DNA of 64,000 nt from Anaerotignum sp. (GCA_017523325.1 JAFWWO010000010.1:11005-75004), one strand, 5' to 3'. Counted from the first letter of the stretch, positions 9,363 through 20,094 are shown. Numbers and translations: made by a program. The notes: generated by a model from the sequence alone, not told the origin.

Positions 9363-11792
9363 TCACTCCACTCCACGGAAGAAATGTCCCTTTGTACTGC
9401 CTTTTTCGCTCATTTCGCCCAAGAGATTGCGGGTCTGGGCGCTCATTTTTTCCGGATCCGCCGTCATTTCGCCGTAAGCCTTGGCAATCCGCTCCACCCG
9501 TCCCTGTCCTTCCTTTGTAAAATCCATACGCACAAGCCCCGTGGTGCTTTGCAAAATTTCGTCATAAAACTTTAGCGTAAATAAGGGCTTGCTGTTCAAA
9601 ATCGTGCAGACGCATCTTTCGCAGTCCGCCAGCAGGGGGAATTTCATGCCTTTTCTGTCCCGCAGGAAATATAAATCCTCGTTGCCCCTCCGGGTGCAGT
9701 AGCGCTGTCCGTTTTTCTCCCCCGCATAGTTACCGATGGGACATTGTTGGGTTTTCATCAGTGGCAGGTAACCATAGACCACCATTTCGCAGTCCTTGTC
9801 CCCCATGGCGTTGATTTCCTGTAAATTCGCCTCCACAGAAAGACAGACCGTATCTGCCCCTCGGGCCTTCCAATACTCCACCGATTGCCGGTTTAATGTA
9901 TTCAAATTATAATCCACCACAATTTTTTTACCGCAATCCTTTACCTGTGCAAACTGTCCGGCAGAACGTACCAAAAAACCATCGATTTCGCTTTCCATCA
10001 AGCGGGCAATCATGGGTTGCTCCTGCTCTGCATTCCATTCTCTTGCAATTCTTGGTAACGCCCCATAGAGCGTCACTCCCGCCCCATGGCATTTTTCCGT
10101 AATTTTCCCCAGATTTTTCTCAAAATCCGCAGAACATTCAAAATATACTCTGCAAAGCCCTTTCGCCTGCAAAACCGCCTCTAATTGCTCCAAGTTCCTC
10201 ACAACTGCCGTCAATTTTTTATGCAAAAGAATAGGCGGCTTTTCTGTTTTCGGCAAAAATGCTTCTTTTTTTGCTTTCCGTTTTGTTTTTTTCAAAATCG
10301 CTTTTTCCAGTGCTTCGCAGGCCTCTCGTCTGACACGGTTCACCTCGCTGACGCCAATATAAATATACCGGTCGATATCCGTTTCCAGTCCTTCCAGTAT
10401 AAAAGGCGTGGTGCCCATTTTACTTGCCTGTTCCCGCAGCCGCATGGGCAACGTCGGCTGGCTCTCCGCCCTTTCCACCACTGCCCCGCTGATGAATACA
10501 CTGCTGCCGGCGGCGTCCCAAAGCTGGAGAGAGAGGGGCTCTCCTTCCTTGGCTCGCAGCATACCCCAGATAGGCAGTTTTCTGCGGTCTTTTTCCCATG
10601 TCTTGCGTAATTCATCATAAAGAGCCTTGCCATAGGTGCGATAGACCACGTTATTCTTCTCAATATCCCCCTCCAGCGTCAGCGTAATGACCTCCCCCGC
10701 TTTAGAGGGTTTCGAAACATTGGTACCGATATGGGGCTCCTCGTTTGTCCAAATCTCAATGCCGTCGCCGGGTACCAAAGGCTCTCTGGTGCGGATTGTT
10801 ACCTTTTTATGCTGAGGCAAATATTTATCCACAATGCCTACCTTTAAGCCCCATGTTTTGGGCCGTTCAATGCTCATCATATTCCGTCCGGCAAAAGATG
10901 TATAATACCCCTCCGTAAAGCCTCCTCGGTTAAAAAGCTGTGTCAACGCCTTCATATCGTCAGGGTCTACGGCGTAATGCTCCGGATCATCAAAATATAA
11001 ATCCACATATTTCCGATAAATCCCCGTAACCCCTGCCACATATTCCGGATTTTTCATACGCCCCTCAATTTTCAAAGAAGCGATGCCCGCCTCAATCAGC
11101 TGTGGCAAAATTGTTACCGCGGCCACGTCTTTGGGGGAAAGCAAATAGCCCTCCTCTATGGCATCGTATCCGTTATATAGGGTGTAGGGCAAACGGCAGG
11201 TCTGTGCACAACGGCCACGGTTGCCGCTTCTGCCGCCCAGCATACTGCTCATGATACACTGCCCGGAATAGCAGACACATAATGCTCCGTGAACGAAAGT
11301 CTCAATTTCCGCTTCCGTATTTTCCGTAATATGACGAATTTCCTCCAAAGAAAGTTCTCGGCTCAGCACCACTTTTCCAAAGCCTTCTCCCACCAGATAT
11401 TCCACATCTGCCAGTGAATTTGCGGTCATTTGGGTGCTGGCGTGCAGAGGAAAATCAGGAAAATGCGTCCGCAATAGCTTTACAGCACCCATATCCTGCA
11501 CAATAAGCGCATCTACGCCCATTTCGTATAATTGGGCAATATATGCCAAAAAACCCTGTAATTCCTGTTCTTTATACAGGGTATTCACCGTAACATATAC
11601 CTTTACCCCTCTTAAATGGCAGTAATCACAGGCTTCCTCCAGCTCCTGCGGGGAGAAATTTCCCGCATACTGTCTTGCGCTGAATTGTTTTCCGCCCAAA
11701 TACACTGCATCACAGCCATTGTTCACTGCTGCCCGCAGGCTTTCCATAGAGCCTGCCGGTGCCAATAGCTCCGGTTTATTTTGTAAGCGCAT
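9363..11792 (-). CDS. Long U32-family protein (RlhA-like RNA hydroxylase)
   Basis: ELLAPAG, HASTQ, HGALCxxxSGQC, NRGRCAQTCR, KIEGR; about 810 aa. Confidence 0.85.
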   Translation of the reverse strand: MRLQNKPELLAPAGSMESLRAAVNNGCDAVYLGGKQFSARQYAGNFSPQELEEACDYCHLRGVKVYVTVNTLYKEQELQGFLAYIAQLYEMGVDALIVQDMGAVKLLRTHFPDFPLHASTQMTANSLADVEYLVGEGFGKVVLSRELSLEEIRHITENTEAEIETFVHGALCVCYSGQCIMSSMLGGRSGNRGRCAQTCRLPYTLYNGYDAIEEGYLLSPKDVAAVTILPQLIEAGIASLKIEGRMKNPEYVAGVTGIYRKYVDLYFDDPEHYAVDPDDMKALTQLFNRGGFTEGYYTSFAGRNMMSIERPKTWGLKVGIVDKYLPQHKKVTIRTREPLVPGDGIEIWTNEEPHIGTNVSKPSKAGEVITLTLEGDIEKNNVVYRTYGKALYDELRKTWEKDRRKLPIWGMLRAKEGEPLSLQLWDAAGSSVFISGAVVERAESQPTLPMRLREQASKMGTTPFILEGLETDIDRYIYIGVSEVNRVRREACEALEKAILKKTKRKAKKEAFLPKTEKPPILLHKKLTAVVRNLEQLEAVLQAKGLCRVYFECSADFEKNLGKITEKCHGAGVTLYGALPRIAREWNAEQEQPMIARLMESEIDGFLVRSAGQFAQVKDCGKKIVVDYNLNTLNRQSVEYWKARGADTVCLSVEANLQEINAMGDKDCEMVVYGYLPLMKTQQCPIGNYAGEKNGQRYCTRRGNEDLYFLRDRKGMKFPLLADCERCVCTILNSKPLFTLKFYDEILQSTTGLVRMDFTKEGQGRVERIAKAYGEMTADPEKMSAQTRNLLGEMSEKGSTKGHFFRGVE

Positions 11793-11916
11793 GGTCTGTT
11801 CCCCCTTCTGCACTCAAACGAACCAACTCGTCAATTTTCTTCAAAAAAAGGTTGAAATGAAAAGAGCAGACCTGCTTCGGTATTTCAAAAAGTCGCCCTG
11901 CTCTCTTTCCCACGGT

Positions 11917-12387
11917 TTATTTTTTTCGATACTTGGTTTTCGTCGAAGAGCGAGTGACCCCCTGCTGACCGCCTTCCATAGCCATCAAGTAATCGTCCAA
12001 CTGATTTTCTGCAGCAATCCTTTCCTTTTCTGCCAATGCCAGCTTTTCTTCCAATTCCTGCAATCGAGCTTGCAACTCCGTCGGCGATTCTGTTTGCTGT
12101 GCCGATTTTAATTGGTCGGTTGCCTCTTCCAGCTGTTTTGTCAGCTCTTGCAAACGACTCTCCATCTCCGCATTACGGGTCTTTTCCTTAAAGTAATCAT
12201 CAGCCACGTTAATGGAAGTCAGTACATACGCCAAACTGGAATCCAGTGTAACAGCCTTGGCCTTTTGGCGCACCTCTGTCATTTTTCGGTCAATATACGT
12301 TGCCACGGCACGCATATGTTCTTCAGATTCTTCCCCCATCAGGGTAAAGCCTTTCCCGTCAATGGAAATCTTCACTCTGTTTTTCAT
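11917..12387 (-). CDS. zapA: Cell division protein ZapA with coiled-coil extension
   Basis: ZapA-type N-terminus (NRVKISIDGK...VATYID...LTSINVADDYFK). Confidence 0.8.
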   Translation of the reverse strand: MKNRVKISIDGKGFTLMGEESEEHMRAVATYIDRKMTEVRQKAKAVTLDSSLAYVLTSINVADDYFKEKTRNAEMESRLQELTKQLEEATDQLKSAQQTESPTELQARLQELEEKLALAEKERIAAENQLDDYLMAMEGGQQGVTRSSTKTKYRKK

Positions 12388-12545
12388 GGTTTTGCTGCTC
12401 CTTCCCTTTGTCCTTTGTTCTCATTGTTTTAGTATAGCATAAAAACAGGGCAGAAGAAATATTTTTTATGGATTTATTTTTTCATCATATTTGATAAAAA
12501 ACTTCCCAAAGCCGACCCCTTTCCTTCTCCAATAGATTTTCCCAC

Positions 12546-12576
12546 AAAAAAGGAGAACCCCATTTCGGAGTTCTCC
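12546..12576 (-). terminator. Intrinsic terminator of the oxidoreductase operon
   Basis: GGAGAAC/GTTCTCC stem followed by a T-tract on the minus strand. Confidence 0.65.
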
Positions 12577-12601
12577 CATTCTGATTGATAGCACAATCAG
12601 A

Positions 12602-13165
12602 TTATTTTGCGTGATTTTTTGCAAATTCATAGCCCATTTCAAAGGCCTTTTTGTTATCGGGAATGAATTTTGCCTTACCACCATCAAATACGTGGGCAAA
12701 GGTTTCGTCCATACCCGCTGCGTTAATCGCACCGGTTGCATAAACCACTGCACCCAGCATAACCAGGTTCGCCAGCTTAGAGCCACCGAATGCTTCTGTT
12801 GCCATTCTGTTTGCAGGAACTTCAAATACCTTGGTGCCTGCCTTTGCCTGACCGTCTGCTACTTTGCAAAGGTCAGAATTGATTACCAGAGAGCCACCGT
12901 CCCTTACAACGGGAGCAAATTTATCCAAAGAGGGCTGGTTCAGTGCTACGATACAATCAGCGTCCTTTGTAATAACAGGAGAACCGATACCTTCTTCGGA
13001 AATGATTACGTTTACGTTTGCAGTACCGCCACGCATTTCAGGACCGTAGGAAGGACACCAAGATACTTCTTTACCTTCCAGCATACCTGCATAAGCCAGG
13101 ATTTTACCCATCAACAGAGAGCCCTGACCGCCAAAACCTGCAATGATAGAAGAAAATGTACTCAT
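12602..13165 (-). CDS. 2-oxoacid:ferredoxin oxidoreductase gamma subunit
   Basis: AGFGGQG and SYGPEMRGG motifs. Confidence 0.9.
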   Translation of the reverse strand: MSTFSSIIAGFGGQGSLLMGKILAYAGMLEGKEVSWCPSYGPEMRGGTANVNVIISEEGIGSPVITKDADCIVALNQPSLDKFAPVVRDGGSLVINSDLCKVADGQAKAGTKVFEVPANRMATEAFGGSKLANLVMLGAVVYATGAINAAGMDETFAHVFDGGKAKFIPDNKKAFEMGYEFAKNHAK

Positions 13166-13166
13166 A

Positions 13167-13919
13167 TTATTTGCCCTCCTCTGCTGTAATGTCCTTGAAA
13201 ACGCCAAGAGGATAGTAAGGAATCATTTTTTCTCTTACAAATTCCATCGCTTTCACAGGTGTCAAGCCCCAGTTTGTCGGGCAGCTTGCTACCACCTCAA
13301 CAAATGTGAAGCCCAGACCCTTTTTCTGGATTTCCAGTGCTTTTTGGATTGCTTTTTTCGCCTGCGTCACCTGAGCAGGTGTAGAAATGCTTACTCTTTC
13401 GATATAAGCGGGGCCTGTCAGTGTAGCCAGCATTTCGGAAACTCTCAGGGGGTTACCGTTTACCTTGGGGTCACGGCCTGCCTTTGCTGTGGTAGCCTTC
13501 ATGCCGGGCAGTGTGGTAGGTGCCATCTGACCACCTGTCATACCGTAGATACCGTTGTTGATGAAAATTGTTGTAATCTTTTCACCTCTGGCAGCGGCAT
13601 GTACGATTTCTGCCGTACCGATGGAAGCCAAGTCGCCATCGCCCTGATATGTGATCACTGTTTTATCGGGGTGTACTCTCTTGATACCGGATGCAGTTGC
13701 GGGAGCACGACCGTGAGCGCACTGGATTGCGTCAAAATTGAAGTATTTATTAGCGAATACAGCACAGCCTACGGGCACTGCACAAATGGCGTTTTTGTCT
13801 TCGCCGCTTTTTTCCAGGCATTCTGCCAGCAGTCTATGTACAATACCGTGTGCACAACCGGGACAATAATGCAATTTTACATCGGTTAAAGCTTTTGTTT
13901 TTTCAAATATAACTGCCAT
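13167..13919 (-). CDS. 2-oxoacid:ferredoxin oxidoreductase beta (TPP-binding) subunit
   Basis: YCPGC, HGRA, QGDGD, NNGIYGMTGGQ, CPTNW. Confidence 0.9.
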   Translation of the reverse strand: MAVIFEKTKALTDVKLHYCPGCAHGIVHRLLAECLEKSGEDKNAICAVPVGCAVFANKYFNFDAIQCAHGRAPATASGIKRVHPDKTVITYQGDGDLASIGTAEIVHAAARGEKITTIFINNGIYGMTGGQMAPTTLPGMKATTAKAGRDPKVNGNPLRVSEMLATLTGPAYIERVSISTPAQVTQAKKAIQKALEIQKKGLGFTFVEVVASCPTNWGLTPVKAMEFVREKMIPYYPLGVFKDITAEEGK

Positions 13920-14977
13920 TATTTGCCACCTCCCATAACTTCCTTACCAAATTCTACGATTTCATCTACCGTAGGAACGTTACCACCGGTTCTACCGTGG
14001 AACAATACCTTTGTTCTGTCGTTACAAGCAAATGCAACGTCGGGTACCATCTGACCCATGGACATTTCCACATCAAGATATTTCTTAATCTGTGCGTCCC
14101 ATTTATCGAATGCTTTCTGAGGGAAGGGCCACAGTGTTTTCGGTCTAATCATACCAACCTTGAAACCGGCATTTCTCAGGTAGCCGATTGCGGTTCTTAC
14201 AACTCTGGAAGCCGTACCATAGGAAACGAATGCATATTCCGCATCATCCATTTTATATTCTTCCCAAGCCTGCTCGTTTGCTTCAATACGGGCATATCTG
14301 TCAAAGTTTCTGTGGTTCCAAGCTTCACAATCATCGGGTTCGATAACCAAGTTCTCGATCATGTGCTTTTCGCCATCGCCTTTGCCTGTCAGCGCCCATG
14401 TTTTTTCGGGGATACCCTCTCTGCGTACATAGTTAAATTCAACGGGCTCCATCATCTGACCAATCAGACCGTCAGCCAGAACGATAACGGGAGTACCGTA
14501 CATATCAGCGATATCGAAAGCTTCCATAACCATATCAACAGCCTCCTGCACAGAAGCGGGAGCCAGAACAACGTCATGGTAGTCACCATTTGCGCCGCCT
14601 TTTACGACCATGTTATAGTCAGCCTGACCGGGCTGAATGGTACCCAGACCCGGGCCGCCACGCATCATGTTAATAATAACCGCAGGCAGACCTGCATTGG
14701 AGATATAGCCGATACCTTCCTGTTTCAGGGCGATACCGGGGGAAGAAGAACTTGTCAGAACACGAGCGCCGGCTGCTGCTGCGCCGTAAACCATGTTGAT
14801 TGCCGCCACTTCAGACTCTGCCTGAATGAAGGTGCCACCAACCTTGGGTAATTCACTGGATAAATATTCAGGCACTTCGCTCTGAGGAGTAATCGGATAG
14901 CCGAAGAAATATCTGCAACCCGCCTCAATCGCCGCCTTACCAACTGCTTCGTTGCCTTTCATCAAAACCTTTGCCAT
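13919..14977 (-). CDS. 2-oxoacid:ferredoxin oxidoreductase alpha subunit (VorB-type)
   Basis: GNEA, GYPITP, QAESE, SSSPG, RGGPGLG. Confidence 0.9.
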   Translation of the reverse strand: MAKVLMKGNEAVGKAAIEAGCRYFFGYPITPQSEVPEYLSSELPKVGGTFIQAESEVAAINMVYGAAAAGARVLTSSSSPGIALKQEGIGYISNAGLPAVIINMMRGGPGLGTIQPGQADYNMVVKGGANGDYHDVVLAPASVQEAVDMVMEAFDIADMYGTPVIVLADGLIGQMMEPVEFNYVRREGIPEKTWALTGKGDGEKHMIENLVIEPDDCEAWNHRNFDRYARIEANEQAWEEYKMDDAEYAFVSYGTASRVVRTAIGYLRNAGFKVGMIRPKTLWPFPQKAFDKWDAQIKKYLDVEMSMGQMVPDVAFACNDRTKVLFHGRTGGNVPTVDEIVEFGKEVMGGGK

Positions 14978-14995
14978 TGAATTTCCTCCTCTCTG

Positions 14996-15211
14996 TTAGT
15001 CGAGCTTTTCTACTGTGATTGCACAATCAGGACACATTTTCGCACAGCTGGTGCAAGCGATACAGTCATCGCTCACCATTTCTGCGGGGTTGTAACCTGC
15101 AGGATTGATTTTGGTTGTCGAAAGAGCAAGAACATTCTTTGGACAAACAGAAACACAAAGTGCGCAACCCTTGCAAATCACTTCATTGATTGTTACTTTA
15201 CCTTTTGCCAT
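14996..15211 (-). CDS. 2x[4Fe-4S] ferredoxin (delta subunit)
   Basis: Two CxxCxxCxxxCP motifs. Confidence 0.92.
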   Translation of the reverse strand: MAKGKVTINEVICKGCALCVSVCPKNVLALSTTKINPAGYNPAEMVSDDCIACTSCAKMCPDCAITVEKLD

Positions 15212-15240
15212 TCAAAATACACCTCCATAAATATTTGAAT

Positions 15241-15921
15241 TTACATCCAGGCTTGCCGCATATGAAACTTCATCGGGAATAATTCCCCGGAAAGTCCTTC
15301 AGGCACGTCTTCTGTCAACAGTTCCTCCACATAGGAAACGTATTTCACAGGGACGCCTGTTCGTTTCGTTACTTCCTTCAATATCGCATCTCCGTGGGAA
15401 AGACAGGAAGCTGTCGTTTCTCTGACCAGATTTGTGTTATTGACGAAGCCTGTCACCTTCAGTCCCGCTGCATACTCCAGATTTTCCATCTGTTCAATGA
15501 CACCTTCCGGTGTAGAGGTATTGGGACGATATGTATTGACTACCATAAGAAAGTCTGTTTCCGCCGGATCCAGAAGGGGTTTCATTCTGCCGAGAACCAA
15601 AGTCCCCACATCGTTACCGCCCAAATCCACCACATACTGAAACTCTTTGTTTGTCACAGGGGTGGTCATAGCACCGGAAACAGCGGGCACATCGACGCCT
15701 GCACCCTCCAGAGAGGAGGCAATAACGGTAATGCCCATTTCTTCCAGCTCCTTCTTCTTTTCACGAGAACGGAAATAAACATTTACGATATCCAAATCGG
15801 CAATGGCAACCTTTCCCTCTGCCTTTTCCCGCAGAGTCTTCACATAATTGACTGCAAATTCGGTTTTTCCACTGCCGTAGTGACCTGTAATGATTCTGAC
15901 TCTTTTGTCATCAGTTACCAT
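15241..15921 (-). CDS. Uncharacterised P-loop ATP-binding protein
   Basis: GHYGSGKT Walker A and DLDIVNxYFRSR; SD GGAGG before ATG 15921. Confidence 0.8.
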   Translation of the reverse strand: MVTDDKRVRIITGHYGSGKTEFAVNYVKTLREKAEGKVAIADLDIVNVYFRSREKKKELEEMGITVIASSLEGAGVDVPAVSGAMTTPVTNKEFQYVVDLGGNDVGTLVLGRMKPLLDPAETDFLMVVNTYRPNTSTPEGVIEQMENLEYAAGLKVTGFVNNTNLVRETTASCLSHGDAILKEVTKRTGVPVKYVSYVEELLTEDVPEGLSGELFPMKFHMRQAWM

Positions 15922-16097
15922 ATTTCGCACCTCCATAAAATCTCCCAATGATTATCCGGTCACAAAGGCCCAATTTTACCCCCATTGGAAATTTTGACCG
16001 CAAACCGGCAATATTTTGGAAATTTTAGATAAAATATACGAAAATTACAAAAATCTTTTTGGCAATATTTTTGTTTTTTTATTTTTTATCCGAATAC

Positions 16098-16126
16098 AGT
16101 ATAACGCACTGTCATTTATTTTGCAA
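16098..16126 (-). promoter_or_regulatory. SigA promoter of the oxidoreductase operon
   Basis: TTGCAA-17bp-TATACT. Confidence 0.55.
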
Positions 16127-16410
16127 TAAAATTCATATATTTTTTATTTTGTACTTGAAAAAAAACATTTCCGCCGTACAAATTACAGTAAATGAAGGTT
16201 TTTTTCAAAATATTTGTGTGAATTATATACTTTTCACCCTGAAAATGCGTGGTGTTTTATTTTATTTTACTATTTGTCTTACAAGAATATATCTGTTTCC
16301 CACCCTTAGATTTCCATGAAAAACAATAAAAAACCCCCATTTCAGACAGCTTTCGCCATCTGTAAACGAGGGGTTTCCACTTGATATTTCTCTCTTGTCT
16401 TACATGTCAA

Positions 16411-18519
16411 TCAAATATTATACAGCAATTCCCCATAAGTCGGGAACGGCCAAGCCTTTTCGTCCACCAGCATTTCCAGCCGGTCTGCCGGCTCTCTCAG
16501 CTCCTTCATAGCTGCAAATACATAATCCCGGTAGAAAATCGCCTGAGATTTGCTTTCTCCCTTGAACATACCGGCCTGCTCCGTCACTTCCACCAGTACT
16601 TTCAGCCGTTCGTGGAACAGCTTTAGGTTCTCGCTGACTTCTTGTAATAATGCTTCTTCCACAGAGGCGTCCATGCCTGCCGCTTTTACGGCATTGACGC
16701 ATTGTGCAAGCTCTCCTGCATATTTTACTACTGCCGGACGGATTTGTTTGGAAGCAATATCAATCATGGTTTTTGCTTCAATATTGATTTGCTTCACATA
16801 GGCCTCATAACGAATTTCCGCTCTGGATTGCAGTTCCACCTTGCTCAATACACCATGGCGTCCAAACAGATTGATGGTTTTATCGGAAACAAAGGCTTCC
16901 ACCGCATCTACGGAATTGGTGATGTTGGGTAATCCTCTGCGTTCCGCCTCTTGAATCCATTCATCGGAGTATCCGTTTCCGTCAAATATAATCCGCTTGT
17001 GTTCCACATATGTCCTGCGAATCAAATCATGGACTGCCGCATCAAAATCCTCTGCCTTTTCCAGTTCATCGGCAAATTCCATCAAGACGTCTGCCACAAT
17101 GGTATTCAGCGAAAAATTCGGCCCGGAAATAGAGCCGGAGGACGGCGGCATACGGAATTCAAACTTGTTCCCCGTAAAAGCAAAGGGAGAGGTTCTGTTT
17201 CTGTCCGTTGCGTCCCGCTTTAAGGCCGGCAGTGTATTGACCCCGACACGCATTTTCCCGCCTTGGGAACTGCTGGTAGCCTCACCATGCTCAATCTGGT
17301 CAAAAATATCCCGCAGCTGATCCCCAAGGAATATGGAAATAATAGCCGGAGGTGCCTCTTGGGAGCCCAAACGGTGGTCGTTTCCGGGGCTGGCGGCAGA
17401 AACCCGCAATAATTCCGCATGTTGGTCCACACCCTTGATAATGGCACTGAGGAACACCAAAAACTGTGCATTTTCATGAGGTGTTTTACCGGGATCCAGC
17501 AAATTCTGACCATCATCCGTATTCAAAGACCAGTTGTTGTGCTTGCCGCTGCCGTTTACGCCTGCAAAGGGCTTTTCATGGAGCAGGCAGGCCAAACCAT
17601 GATGGCTGGCAATACGCTTCATGGCCTCCATAATCAACTGATTATGGTCTGTGGCCTGATTGCAGTCGTCATAAATCGGTGCCAGCTCATGCTGTGCCGG
17701 CGCCACTTCGTTGTGCTGTGTTTTTGCCGGTACGCCCAGCTTCCATAGCTCCACATTCAACTCATGCATAAAGCCGGCGATGCGCTCTTTAATACTGCCG
17801 AAATAATGATCGTCCAGCTCCTGTCCCTTTGGAGGCGGCGCACCGAATAATGTACGGCCTGTAAAAATCAGGTCTTTTCTCTGGTTATATAACATTCTGT
17901 CAATCAGGAAGTATTCCTGCTCCGCACCGCAGGAAACAGAAACCTTTTTTGTTGTGGTATTACCGAATAATCGCAGTATCCGCATGGCCTGTCTGCCCAC
18001 AGCCTCGGCAGAACGCAGCAGCGGTGTCTTTTTATCCAGAGCCTCTCCTGTGTAGGAGCAAAAAGCCGTAGGGATATATAATGTAATCCCCCCGTTGTCC
18101 TTCCGCAAAAAAGCCGGAGAGGTGCAGTCCCATGCCGTATAGCCTCTGGCCTCGAATGTTGCCCGTAAGCCGCCGGAAGGGAAAGAGGAAGCATCTGATT
18201 CCCCCTTAATCAATTCCTTTCCGGAAAATTCCATGATAACTTTACCGTTAGAAGGCGGTGCTAGGAAAGAATCGTGCTTTTCCGCCGTAATCCCCGTCAT
18301 AGGCTGAAACCAGTGGGTATAATGGGTAGCCCCTCTCTCAATGGCCCAATCCTTCATGGCATTGGCAATAATATCTGCAATGGAGGAATTCAGCATTTCT
18401 CCCCGTTCAATGGTTTTTTTCAGTTCCAGATACACATCTTTGGGAAGGTGTTCCCGCATCATGGCATCATTGAATACATTTATCCCGAAAATTTCGGGCA
18501 CCGAAATTTTTTCGCTCAT
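16411..18519 (-). CDS. glnN: Glutamine synthetase type III
   Basis: 702 aa; [45 protein letters not shown]. Confidence 0.93.
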   Translation of the reverse strand: MSEKISVPEIFGINVFNDAMMREHLPKDVYLELKKTIERGEMLNSSIADIIANAMKDWAIERGATHYTHWFQPMTGITAEKHDSFLAPPSNGKVIMEFSGKELIKGESDASSFPSGGLRATFEARGYTAWDCTSPAFLRKDNGGITLYIPTAFCSYTGEALDKKTPLLRSAEAVGRQAMRILRLFGNTTTKKVSVSCGAEQEYFLIDRMLYNQRKDLIFTGRTLFGAPPPKGQELDDHYFGSIKERIAGFMHELNVELWKLGVPAKTQHNEVAPAQHELAPIYDDCNQATDHNQLIMEAMKRIASHHGLACLLHEKPFAGVNGSGKHNNWSLNTDDGQNLLDPGKTPHENAQFLVFLSAIIKGVDQHAELLRVSAASPGNDHRLGSQEAPPAIISIFLGDQLRDIFDQIEHGEATSSSQGGKMRVGVNTLPALKRDATDRNRTSPFAFTGNKFEFRMPPSSGSISGPNFSLNTIVADVLMEFADELEKAEDFDAAVHDLIRRTYVEHKRIIFDGNGYSDEWIQEAERRGLPNITNSVDAVEAFVSDKTINLFGRHGVLSKVELQSRAEIRYEAYVKQINIEAKTMIDIASKQIRPAVVKYAGELAQCVNAVKAAGMDASVEEALLQEVSENLKLFHERLKVLVEVTEQAGMFKGESKSQAIFYRDYVFAAMKELREPADRLEMLVDEKAWPFPTYGELLYNI

Positions 18520-18610
18520 AGACCGTTCCTTTCTCTTTCTGTCTTACGGAAAACAGAAGTTTTTTTCATTCCGCTCCTATCAGAAAAAATACTTCAAGCA
18601 CATTTCTTTC

Positions 18611-18639
18611 ATTATACAGGCGAAGGGCTTCTTTTGCAA
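18611..18639 (-). promoter_or_regulatory. SigA promoter of glnN
   Basis: TTGCAA-17bp-TATAAT. Confidence 0.6.
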
Positions 18640-18769
18640 CGCTTTTACTTTTGTCGATTTAGAGAAATTTTTGTATTCCGGCTGATTTTTTTACCAAATT
18701 CATACAAAAAGAAGCACCATGCCCTTCGTATATGCACAAACATTTATTCGCATTTTCCACAAATTGCTA

Positions 18770-18798
18770 TTGAAAAAGAACGTAAGTTCGTATATGAT
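18770..18798 (+). promoter_or_regulatory. SigA promoter containing a LexA (Cheo) box
   Basis: TTGAAA-17bp-TATGAT with GAACGTAAGTTC (18778-18789) in the spacer. Confidence 0.8.
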
Positions 18799-18826
18799 AT
18801 AAGTAATCTCAGGGAAAGGGGAAATA

Positions 18827-19090
18827 ATGATGAAGCTCTTGAATCAACAAATTGATATGATTTCTTGGACCTCGCAGGAGGGCGTGGTCACCCCCATCCG
18901 CTTTCGTATGGAAGAAAACGGACAGCCAATCGTCATTAAAATCGGTCATATTCTGCAAACGGAAAAGGATTTTTTTGGCGGCACCCCTACTCTGCACTTT
19001 CGTTGCAGCAGCCTCATCGGTAACACAGAAAAAATCTATGAATTAACCTATAATTGCAGAAACCAAAAATGGCTTTTGAAAAAAATGTAA
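18827..19090 (+). CDS. Small hypothetical protein, probably SOS-regulated
   Basis: 87-aa ORF with purine-rich SD and its own LexA-box promoter. Confidence 0.75.
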   Translation: MMKLLNQQIDMISWTSQEGVVTPIRFRMEENGQPIVIKIGHILQTEKDFFGGTPTLHFRCSSLIGNTEKIYELTYNCRNQKWLLKKM

Positions 19091-19330
19091 CGGCCCCCGC
19101 AAAAAGAGCGGTGCCTGCTATGGATTTTACGGACATACCCAATGGCATCGTTCTTTTTATATTTTTCGCCGTATTTTATGGGAATCGCTCTTGGATATGC
19201 CTTTTTGCAGATAAAAAATTCATTCTTTCCCCAAAAAATTCTATTCTTCTCTTGAAAAACCATTTTGGTTTCCTGTATACTATTTTACATGAAGCATATG
19301 AACGCATTTATATTTATAAGGAGGTTCCTT

Positions 19331-19993
19331 ATGGAATATACACCCATTACGTTAACAGAACAGGATAAAGCTATACTGAACTCCTATCTCCCTGTAGCAG
19401 AAAGCGTTGCCCGGTTTTGGGGCGATGGTTGCGAGGTCGTCATACATAATCTATCAAACCTAGACGCTTCTGTAGTCAAAATCATCAACGGACACCTTTC
19501 CGGCAGAGAGATCGGGGCACCGATATCCGAAGCAACCCTTTCCATTGTCAATCAAATGATAGAGGATCCGGCTTTGCAGCATATCATATATTTCGCCAAA
19601 AACAAGCGGAATGAAACCTTTAAGGCACTGGTTTCTTCCATAAAAGGGGAGAACGGAACCATCATCGGTCTGTTCTGCATCAATTTTTATTTGAACACCT
19701 CTCTTTCTTCTTTTGTGCATACCTTTACTCCTACGGCAAAAGCAGACCAAGAGTATATTTCCGAAACTTTTGTAGAGAACACGAAGGAATTGATGATAAA
19801 CGCCCTAAACGAAGCCAGAAATACCGTTTATAACAACCCGTCCATCTCCTCCTCCAATCGGAATAAAGAGATTGTCGCCATACTGCAGCAAAAAAGCATA
19901 TTTAAATTAAAAGATTCCGTCGTGACCATAGCGGAACTATTGGGCGTTTCCAAAAATACGATTTATATGCACATTCGCAACATGAATAAATAA
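19331..19993 (+). CDS. YheO/DauR-type PAS-HTH transcriptional regulator
   Basis: CEVVIHNL, NGHLSGREIGAP, GLFCINF, C-terminal HTH (LGVSKNTIY); SD AGGAGG. Confidence 0.88.
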   Translation: MEYTPITLTEQDKAILNSYLPVAESVARFWGDGCEVVIHNLSNLDASVVKIINGHLSGREIGAPISEATLSIVNQMIEDPALQHIIYFAKNKRNETFKALVSSIKGENGTIIGLFCINFYLNTSLSSFVHTFTPTAKADQEYISETFVENTKELMINALNEARNTVYNNPSISSSNRNKEIVAILQQKSIFKLKDSVVTIAELLGVSKNTIYMHIRNMNK

Positions 19994-20058
19994 TGGTTGG
20001 CAAATACCTGTTTTTGCGGCTTTCTCGCCCCAAAACTGCATAATCATAATAAAGAAAG

Positions 20059-20094
20059 AAGGAGAATTCTGAACAGCAGAACTCTCCTTTTTTT
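20059..20094. terminator. Bidirectional terminator between convergent genes
   Basis: AAGGAGAATTCTG...CAGAACTCTCCTT followed by a T-tract. Confidence 0.65.
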
